From positions 1-43,881 of the forward strand of contig MCFE01000701.1 in assembly GCA_002104905.1 (NCBI GenBank): a stretch of 43,881 nucleotides of DNA, read 5' to 3'. Of the stretch, positions 34,646 through 43,881 are shown piece by piece. Each line of letters starts with the position of its first letter. Position 1 is the first letter of the stretch. The DNA comes from Basidiobolus meristosporus CBS 931.73. Taxonomy: Eukaryota; Fungi; Basidiobolomycota. Made by a program: the position numbers and the translations under genes. Below the pieces are notes generated by a model. That model was given only the letters and a program-made list of their open reading frames with translations. It ran no database searches and was not told where the DNA came from.

Positions 34646-37600
34646 ATGAACTCTATGCCATTACCACTCTCACATGGAGCCCTACAGTTTGATGGAAAGA
34701 ATGTGGAAAGCTTTGTATACAAATGGGAGAAGCTCTTCAAAATGTGCAGCCTATCTGAACAAGAAATGGCTGAAGACTTCTCCTACTACTGCACCAACAA
34801 TATTACCACTAAGCTTCTCAGACAAGGAGACATTCTCACTGACTGGGCTTTAATGAAGACCTACCTACAGACCATGTATGGTAGACCCCAGATATACCAT
34901 GGAATTGAAGACCTCAGACACTTTGAAAGAACTGGACTTTCCAAGCTACCACTTGAAGAGTTCATTCAACAATATGAAAATATGGCCAAGCCACTCCTAG
35001 AGTCCCAGGCTATAACTGAGCTTACCATCACACTTTACCTTGCACAAGGGCTTCCCCAGGACTTGGCAAGGAAAGTTGACTTACATGCAGCCAAGGATGA
35101 CAAGTCTGGCATTCCTTGCTTTGCAGAGATGAAACATGTTCTCCTAGAGGTGGAGCAAACTTCTACTGATGCTGATGGAATGCTTGCTGCCAAGGAAGGA
35201 CAAAGGATTCCCACTAATTTCCAAAGAGGAGGTATAGAGCCCTTTTCCAGAAATCTGACTTAGCAACCAGAAAGATTACTGTTGATGCCCCTATTGGGAC
35301 TCATAAGGTGAATCCAAGCAGCCCTGACAACAGACAATACAAAGTTGATGCCTTTGCTTCCAAAAGACACCTCCCTGAAGAACCTGCCAAACCCATCCTT
35401 AGAAGACCATGGTTTGAAGAACCTGCAGTTGTTATTGACAAGAGGCCTAGTATGCTGCCCACCTAAAATCCATTGCCTCACTTTCAGATGACCTCAAAGA
35501 TAGCAAGCTACTCAAGCCCTCAACTGATTACTGAGAAGCTGCTGAAGCAGAACCTCACTTTGTTGGTTGGAGAAATCATGAATGTATCCCCATCTGTTAA
35601 GAAGACCTTTGATGAGCAGCTTAGAACAAGACGACTAGCTGTTGAACATATGGACACCCATATAATTCAGACAAACCATGAAGACCACCAAAAGGATGAC
35701 AACACTACTGAATATAAGACCTTTTACTCAGTTGCAACTGCTATGGTGAAAGGGTACATATATTATGACCCTGTTGACTGCCATATTGACAGTGGCTCAG
35801 AGATTTGTGTTATGCTGCTAGACTTCTGGAGAACACTTAGAAGCAAGGAGCTACTGCCTGTTGATAGAGATATTGGATGGAACATGACTGATGCAAATGC
35901 AGGATCTAGTCCACTCTATGGTGTAGTGCACAAGTTCCCTATTGAGGTACAAGGAATCAAGGTCTGGCTTCCCCTCTTCATCTGCCAGAAGGCAAACTTT
36001 GACCTTCTGCTAGGTAGACCATGGGAAAGCAGTACCAAGGCTACAACTACCAACTATTCCAATGGGTCAGTATGGTACACCATACAAGGATCCAACACAG
36101 GACTACAGTCAACCTTCTGTGGTGTAACACCCAACAATAAAAGGACACATACTGCTTGCCAGAAGACACATCTTGTTATGGAAGAAGATGAGGAGCCTGA
36201 CAATATACACCCCAAAATTTGGAGCTGCTTATTAGGTATACAGGAGCAGACTGCTATGGTTTGGACAAAATACAACACAGTAGAACAGAAGATTAGACCA
36301 TCACTTACACCTTTGACTGATGGATCTTGACCTGCTGATTACATTAGACAACCAGAAGATATACAACTTACACCTGAGAGACTTAAGCAACTTATCATTG
36401 GTGATGGAAACCTTACACTAGAGGAGATACTATAATTTGAAGAAACCTTAAAAAGGCCTGATAAGGTTTTCTCATATAATGACAAGGAAATGGGGCTCTT
36501 AAAGACATTGGTTGAAAAACCCATCAAGATTCATACAGTGCCCCACATACCCTGGTCATTTAAGCCTTACCCACTGCCCAGAGGACTCCAAGCTGATGTG
36601 CATGACCTACTTAAGAAGAAGATAGAAGCTGGTATCCTAGAATCTTGCCATGGACCCTATGCTAACAGATGGTTTGTGACCAAAAAGAAGAATGGAAAGC
36701 TCCAATTCATTCAAGACATGCAACCTGCAAATACTGTCACTATCAGAGATGCCGCTCTACCTCCATCTATTGATGACTTTGCAGAAAGCTTTAGTGGCCA
36801 CTCCATATACTCAACATACAATCTCAACTCAGGATATGACCAGATTCCCCTTGATGAGACATCAAGAGATATGTTTGCACTACAGACACCATTTGGACTT
36901 TTAAGGATGACAAGACTCAGCCAAGGTGCTACAAACTCTGTGGCTCAGTTCCAGAGATGCATGGTGAATGTGCTGTATCAGTTTATACCTGAGAAACTTG
37001 CTGTCTTTGTTGGTGACATAGGCATCAAAGGACCAAAAATCCGGGACACTACTGAAGTTATGCCTGGAGTAAGAAAGTTTGTCTATGATCATATTTCAGA
37101 CAATGATGCCATATTAGGAGCCATTGAAGAAGCTGGACTCATCATCAGTGGTGGGAAAAGCAGCTTTGGTGTATCAGAGATATCCATTGTTGGACAAAAA
37201 TGCAACACCTTTGGTCATTCACCTGGAGACTCCAAGACACAAAAGATATGCAACTGGCCTACCCCCACAAATCTCACACAAGCTTGTGGCTTTGTGGCTG
37301 CTTGTGGGTTCTTTAGGATCTGGATCCCAAGATTCTCTGAGATAGCAGAACCAATTTACCAACTACAGAGAAAGAACACCCCATTTATCTGGGGAGAAGA
37401 GCAAGAAGAAGCCATGCAACTACTGAAAGCCGCCTTAGTATCTCCACCAGTTCTAAGACCTCTTGACTATCTGAGCACTGAATGCCCACCTATTTTGACA
37501 GTGGATGCAAGCCCTATAGGAGCTGGAGCACTACTTAAAGAAGATGATGAAGATGGCAACCGCTATGCCTACAGATATGAGAGCTGCCTATTCTCACCTA

Positions 37601-38202
37601 GAAAACAAAGATACTCACAGATTAAGAGAGAGCTACTAGGAGTTATGAAGATGCTGAGGAAGCTGAAGTCACAACCCTACATGACACATTTCATCCTGGA
37701 GACAGATGCCAAGCCACTTATAGGAATGATCAACAAGCCTGACCTACCTGATGATGCCACAAACCAATGGATGACATGGCTGAAAGTGTTTGACTTTGAG
37801 GTCAGACATATTCCTGGCAAGACAAATGTTGTGGCTGATGCACTCTCCAGGAAGGGACCACAATTATTTGAATACTTGGACCCTCACTTTGATGATATTA
37901 TTGATGCAGAAGTCCAACAGATTGCCATCAAAGACCAAGAGAGAACTACCTAGAGTCTGATCAAGGAATATCTAAGGACACTTAAGAAACCCAGTTGGAT
38001 GGAAATTCAGGAGTTTAGAAAACTCAGGAAGAAGGCACACCACTACTATCTTAAAGATGATCTTCTCTTTAAGCAAGTGAAGCCTGGACTTATGCCAAGA
38101 AGAGTAGTCACTACCCCACTAGAGCAACTGAACATTATGACAAGTATCCATCAAGGAGAACCAGGAGGAAATAGAGGACAAGAAGCCACCTACAATACAA
38201 TG
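34646..38202 (+). pseudogene. gag-pol: gypsy-2 gag, protease, RT-RNase H and start of integrase
   Basis: FDGKNV gag start, HIDSGSEI protease, PHIPW, SGYDQ, QGATNSV. RT active site reads FVGD instead of FVDD; RNase H VDASPIG and ETDAK. Confidence 0.9.
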
Positions 38203-38425
38203 CCAACTAAGTTGGGATTGTAGCTCAATAGTATTCCCTTGACAAGCTTGTGGCTTTATTTTCCTTCACATTAGATTAGAGACAGAACCCAAGTATTCCT
38301 AGCAAGCTTTTGCCAGAGGTTATTGCACCCAGTGAACACCCCACACAAAAAACACTTGAGAAGTGTTGGACGTATCTCTCCCTTGGATCTATACACCACC
38401 ACAGCAGCTTCCTCAGGAGCCCATT

Positions 38426-39100
38426 TGTTGTGCATCAACATTTAAAACTTGGCCAATTTCACTCTGTTAGAAAATCTAGTACCCTAACTGATTTCCCTAG
38501 CCCAAACATAACTAATCCCTGTTATGGTTTATTTTATCACTAGTCAGAATCTATATTTAGCTGTCACACCTGATCAATTTCCATGTGGTCATTATGTCCT
38601 CAACTGATCTGCTAAGCCTTTCCAAGTGATTAGTAATCTGAGATTTATCCAACCACTTAGCAAGTGCCAAAATATCAGCTGATTAATGATGCAATTTCTC
38701 ATTTATTTGATGCACTTATCAACACCCCAACAAATTTCAATTAGTCCAGTCTCTTGGTGCTACTAATGCAACTCAATCAGAGATGTATAAATAAAGCTTA
38801 CAGAACCTTTTGGTTTAATATGTGTCTCAACAAAATTAAGAATTCAACAAATCCATTCTAGTTTCTACCCAAGCTTAGCATATCTAGCACTCTCAAGAGC
38901 ACCAAGCCTAGCCCGCATAGCAAACCTACTCTGTTGCCTTTATAGCTCAACTCAGCTATATAAAAGACCAATATTAGACCAGAACCTCTCTGCTAATATT
39001 TCTGGCACAATTGACAATCTTTAGATTCTGTACTTAGTTGTCACTTAGGTTCAGTTAACTCATTCAAGAGTTTTATCTCACTTTTCTCTTGGATACAACA
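38426..39100. mobile_element. Solo LTR (675 bp) of a family not otherwise present in the window
   Basis: TGTTG...CAACA ends, 5-bp TSD CCATT/CCGTT, TATA-like TATATAAAA near 38958. Excision restores homology to accessory-gene copies. Confidence 0.8.
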
Positions 39101-39495
39101 CCGTTACAGGCAGGGCCAAAAGCTCCAGACAAGCATCAAAGAGATGTCAGGCAGCTGGAAGAGTGCCAATTAAGGACAAGCAGGCAGACATGGATGCACC
39201 AGCACAATATTTATCAAGGAAAAAGCATAGAACCATTTAAGAAGCACCCAGTCAAAGTAGCAGTAAAGGACTTAGCAGTGATAAAAACCAGCTGCTTTTA
39301 CAGGAGCCTGTCACAACTACAGTTGAGAGCTCAAAACCAGCTGAAAAGAAACATCAGGTTGCTAGAAGAGTGCCAGCTAGGGACAAGCAGGCCAATACAG
39401 ATGCATCAGGGCGGAATCTATCCAGGAGAAAATGTAGTACTTTACAAGAAGCACTCAGACAAAGTAGCAGTGAAAGACCTGGCAGTGATAAAGGA
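39101..39495 (+). repeat. Diverged tandem duplication with a 207-bp (69-codon) period in the accessory gene 3' part
   Basis: gcagtgataaa at 39275 and 39482; paired blocks gaagagtgcca, ggacaagcagg, aagaagcac, caaagtagcagt. Confidence 0.85.
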
Positions 39496-40080
39496 AAATG
39501 TAAAGGGAAAAATGACTATCCAAGGCTGAGACAGGGAGGCATGCAAAAAAACTGCAGTTCTTGCCAATTAACGCACCAAGTCAGGAACAGACTGAGTCCC
39601 ATCATAGCCAAGAAGAGTTACCAACAAGAAAACAGCTGTTGTCACAAGAGTTGGAAGCGCAGCCAGTTGAGCTACACTCCTGCAAGGTAGATGAGTTTGC
39701 TGAAAAAGGAAATTTGTCTACCACAGCATCCACAGCCTCCACAGCCTCCATTGTTGACAGAGCAGAGATCCCACTGACAGACAAGGCCACAATGTCAAGA
39801 GCTTGAGAGCCTATCACAATGCCTTCAGTGGAGTTTTGGAACATTAATAGGCACACCAAGAGGTTGCAGCACTTCTTCAAGAGCAGTGCTCAAGAAAACA
39901 CACTGGAATATTGCAATGATTAATTGCAAAAACTGGCAGATGAGGAGCTAGACCTTGCAGTGCCAGCTGAAGACCAGGACGTGTAGGAACCAGTGAATGA
40001 ACAGTGGCATAAAGCCATTGGGTTCCCGCCAAAGTTGTGGAACCAGAGCGTTACAGCAGAAATACATATTGAGTGGTAGA
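39106..40080 (+). pseudogene. Accessory gene 3' continuation (low complexity, scattered stops); true frame and end uncertain
   Basis: Coding-like frames in ORFs 39089..39529, 39370..39690 and 39561..39806, continuing through TGA/TAA/TAG codons to about 40079. Confidence 0.5.
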
Positions 40081-40530
40081 TTTTAATGGAGTTACTTGTT
40101 GAGTGTGGGGTTGGGCTTAATGTTAGTGTAGGGTATAGAGACTTCTATAGGTCAATACACTTGGCAATTGAGGTACAACTGAAGTTTCAAAAGAAATAAA
40201 TCAAATCATATGCATGAAAAGTAAGAGAAACGGTTGAGTCAGGAAGTAAGGAGTATGAAAAAGAGGCAATAGCCAATCAATTCACACAAATTTAAGAGGC
40301 AATAGAGTGTCTGGGATCAGAAAGTGAGCAAATTGGCAGGGAACCAATCAAAAGCCACTTATATATTGTTGTGATGAAAAATTTTGACAAAGTTTTTTGT
40401 GAAATCTGGGGTGCAATTATTTTTCAATGGTCTCTGGACAGTGTCCTGACAAGATCAGTACCTCTTAGTCACAGGACATTAGCTTTGTGACAGCCTTTTG
40501 ATAGGATCATCTCAATAATTTTTCATAGGG

Positions 40531-42122
40531 TATGTGCAAGGTGACAAGTACAGCCAGGTGCTGTTATAGAGTATAAAGTGGCCTCCAAGATATTGTTGGC
40601 ACAGTAATGACTGATGAATGGTCAAATTTGATTTGTGTGGCAAAACACTGGCCATGATCCTTGTAATACTTCCTATGCTGTCTCTTATGGTGCTGAGTCA
40701 AAGTAGTCTGGTCCATGGTGCAGAGAGCTTGACACCCAACAATATAATGCTATAATATCATTTTTTGTCAATACTCCTGTGAATTTAAGACAGTCTTGTA
40801 TTTGAGACATTGCACCTGCATGAATGCAAGATTCATTGATGATCTGCCATAGTAAGCATTATAAAAGTAGTTGTGGCACCACATACACATGTACATGAAA
40901 TACCATTTCCCCATTGGTTTGTCTCACTTCCATATATATGCCACCAGCAAATAAAGCATAGTTGTCTGAATCCCAACCAAGCCCCACCACTGACAGCAGC
41001 AGAAGAATGCCTAGACAACAGCTTGCTTTGACATTCAGTGCAACAAGCAGGATACAACCAAAAAAGGCCCTGTGGACAGTGTTCCCACTGAATGTAATAA
41101 TGTAGACTCCTCAGGCTCTCGGTCAAGTGGGCAATTGGGATTTTCTGTAGAGCCACAAGCTGGCCATGGTGCTGAAGCAGATGGGAATGTATCAAAAGCA
41201 GTACCTTCAGTTGAAGACCAGCAAGTAGCTGTCATAACATCACCACCACCCACTTTAGCAAGTACTTTTTCAGCTCACACCAAAGCATTAATGAGGCAAT
41301 TAGGTGTAGTAGCCAATAGCATAGATCCAATTGCCCAGAGAAATCAGGAAATAGTCCAGAAATAGGATGAGCAGATAGTAAGTGTAGAGCAATTAATATT
41401 CCAGGTAGAGAAAGCAGTATCTTTGCTGCAAAGAAGGAACTCAAGTAGCTCAATGTCACAGCCAAGAACTGAGCCATTTACCAATGTAACAGCAGAGGAA
41501 CAGCATACAGTCATTGAAGCACAACAACTGTGCCAAAGATAATGCCCACAGAAAAACCTATTACAGCATGAGAGGGCAAAGATATAGTGTTTATTCCAAA
41601 GCCTAATAATCAAAAGTTGTTGGCAATCTATGAAGCCATTGAGTGCAATGGTGATGAGTGTGATAATATTTAAGAGGCAGTTAGAAGTCTAGCATGCCAA
41701 CACCTTAAGGCTGGCATACAATGGGCCCATCAGGAACTCAAGGCCAAGAAGAATGCACTTGACTTGCTCCATGAACATTATGCTGGATTCAAACAAGCAA
41801 ACAGATTTTGCACCAGCATTGGTATGCTAAGAAAGTATCTAAGAATAGCAAAATCTATTGAAGGCAGAAGAACAAAAGTGTGGCTTCCTCAATAGCCTGT
41901 TACAAGCAAGGCCAAAAGATCCAAACAAGTGTCAAAGAGACATCAGGTAGCTGGAAGAGTGCCAACAAGGGAAAAGGAAACAGATGCAGATGCATCAGCA
42001 CAGCATTTATTAAGGAAGAAGTGTAGTTCAACTAAAGAAGCACTCAGTCAAAGTAGCAGTGAAGGACCTGGTAGTGATAAAGGTAGAGGTAAATAGAAAA
42101 AGGTCTACCTAAGCCAGAGACA
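40531..42122. mobile_element. Older CACTA copy, right part D (transposase N-terminus, intergenic region, accessory pseudogene from 40938)
   Basis: Continuation of 27658-29080 across the TAT TSD; colinear with 32005-33435 and one unit of the 207-bp repeat. Confidence 0.9.
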
Positions 42123-42362
42123 CTAAGTTAGGTGAATATTTAGGTGGAATTATAAATTTTTACAACACCAAGAACATGTGGGCAAAGTTTGGGGCTGTTT
42201 AGTCATCATTGAGAAATTCATGTTCTGTGTATCTGATGTTTAGGTGATAAAATCCAAGTTAACCACAACAAGGAACTTGATCAGAATTCTCCAAGATTTG
42301 TAGGTAATGATCCCAGTAACCAAGTTAGGTCAGTATTTAGCTATATTCACAAGATTCACAGA
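42123..42362 (-). repeat. Two copia-2 LTR fragments, a younger (42123-42167) abutting an older (42168-about 42362)
   Basis: Reverse complement reads LTR positions 1-200 and then restarts at TGTTGTAAAAATTTATAATTCCACC. Confidence 0.75.
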
Positions 42363-42377
42363 AGAGCACCCTTGTTA

Positions 42378-43881
42378 CCCTACAAAAAATAACTTGGTCC
42401 CATGGGTGGATCCAATCCGGATCATCTGTCAAGATCCTGTTCAGAGACCAGCATAATAACAGCAGCTTGGAATCAGTGCCCTCCTGACAATCTTATAATG
42501 AGATCATGACGGTGTTTTGCAAATTTTACAGCCAAATAAAGGGATAAAACTTGACAATTTTTGATTGGTGCTGTGACAATATACGCATGTTATTGTTGCG
42601 GTCTTTCAGTGCTCTATTACTATTTTAAGTGGATCCAGTTGGCCAGGACTTCCAATTGCCTTATATGGCAAGAAACTTGACGGTATTTTGACAGCCTCAC
42701 AGCAAGACTCTGATGGCTTTTTCTTGGCAGTATGACAGCCTGCCACTGGTTCTATATAATGCTACCATACCAATTTACCAAATGGTATTTCCTTTTTCTA
42801 CCTCCCCTTGTGCAATTCATATATTCCACTGTAGAATCACCTTTCTTTATTTGCTAACCCACTACTACCTTGGGTATTCCACATATAGTTTGAATCAAAA
42901 AACTATGGCCTCCTGCTTACTAACCTCTACAAACGCGCACACCTGCCGCATTTGGCATACTTCTATCACCTCAACTTTACGGCTTTTTAGTGTGATACTT
43001 GCAAAGTTGCCATATACCTTGTACTGCTGGTAGCATATACATCTTGCAAACATATGCTTGGTTGTTGCCACTTCTGCCATGAATACCTCCTGAATATTGG
43101 CAAAGAACTTCTTGGTATTTAGCCAATATATTCCTTCTCCCTGCTGGATTCTAGTCCCCCTTATAGGTGCGCTCTGGCTTTTGTTTGTGTGAATTCCATA
43201 TTGAATGGTGTACAAGTTGGCTTGTGACCACATGAAATCTGGCATATCTTGGTTGAGTTTTCCTAATAAAAATTAGTTGCTTGTTGCACACAACCCAACT
43301 TTGCATTACTTAACTGATTACCCACAGATTGGGGCTGCTTAGCTTCTTAATGCCATAGTCATAGGTGTCTCCATGCGCACATTTGTCCTCAGTATTTTCC
43401 AACTCTTTCTGGCTGTCCTCCTTGTGCCAACTCATCACATCCATGACGGACTTGAAGGTAATATTCTTGATGAGATTGGGATATGGTAGTACCTGCAACT
43501 TGACTTGTCTTCCTATCTCCCTACACATCCGCTCCATAGGAAACTCCCAAAAGGTGAAGCAAGGCCCAATATTCTTACATACCGTCCAAGATGGAGTAGA
43601 GAATGGATACAGTAGCGTCAGAGATCTACATGTTCAGCTTTATGTTTGTAGTTTAGCCGCTCAAATCCCATCACAAACTCCTCACACAACAGCTGTAGAT
43701 GCGTCAAGTTGGCATTGGTGATCCGCTTCTGGATAAATATTCCTACAATGTCCACATATGACTCCCAATGCTTGCAATGTACTCTTGGTAGGAATGGCTT
43801 CAGAATACCACTTGAATAAATACATATCCAGCTCATCCAGTCTTTGCATATGTATTGTTGCATATGCATATGAATATTAAT
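42378..43881 (-). mobile_element. CACTA copy E: terminus and transposase 3' half, running off the window
   Basis: Starts CCCTACAAAAAATAACTTGG and is colinear with 29081-30590. Retains EFPMERMC but has a stop and a frameshift near 43560-43620. Confidence 0.92.

Larger units (their letters stand above)
33436..38403 (+). mobile_element. Ty3/gypsy element (gypsy-2) lacking the integrase core, the PPT and most of the 3' LTR
   Basis: 5' LTR 33436-34505, 3' LTR remnant 38203-38403, TSD GCAG, Lys-type PBS, gag-PR-RT-RH. Confidence 0.93.
29081..40530. mobile_element. Complete CACTA/EnSpm (CMC) DNA transposon C with CCCTA termini, about 5.8 kb native length
   Basis: 17-bp TIRs CCCTATGAAAAAT(A/T)ATT at 29081-29097 and 40514-40530, 3-bp TSD TAT. 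The flanks rejoin to the host-copy sequence gactcagTATgtgcaagg. Confidence 0.93.

Noticed and set aside
35230-35265. CCCTTTT slippery heptamer at the end of the gypsy-2 gag ORF
   Set aside because: It is not in the X XXY YYZ phase relative to gag, and with one decayed copy a random indel cannot be excluded.
1-43881. Classical CpA-directed RIP
   Set aside because: The informative pairs point to CpG sites and CpA/TpG remain abundant; some CAG/CAA-derived stops exist, so only a computed spectrum can exclude a contribution.

Overview
The whole 43.9-kb window is a nested cluster of eukaryotic transposable elements, and I found no recognisable host gene, RNA gene or CRISPR array. A fungal host is my inference from the element types and primer-binding sites. 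It contains two Ty1/copia families, two Ty3/gypsy families, a solo LTR of a fifth LTR family, a 211-bp MITE and at least five pieces of one CACTA/EnSpm (CMC) DNA-transposon family. The copia-1 element at 2912-7594 is full length with an ATTAC TSD and only 3 LTR mismatches. The most informative element is the complete CCCTA-ended CACTA copy at 29081-40530 (17-bp TIRs, TAT TSD, about 5.8 kb once two LTR insertions are removed). It carries a Tnp2-type transposase and a divergently oriented uncharacterised accessory gene, and it sits inside an older copy of its own family. Other points of interest are repeated self-family nesting, an amber stop shared at the same gag-pol codon by two diverged gypsy copies, elements with non-matching flanks, and strong CpG decay visible in TSD, LTR, TIR and PBS pairs. 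All coding regions are disrupted. Identities and counts are by-eye estimates, and coordinates marked approximate are uncertain by tens of bases.
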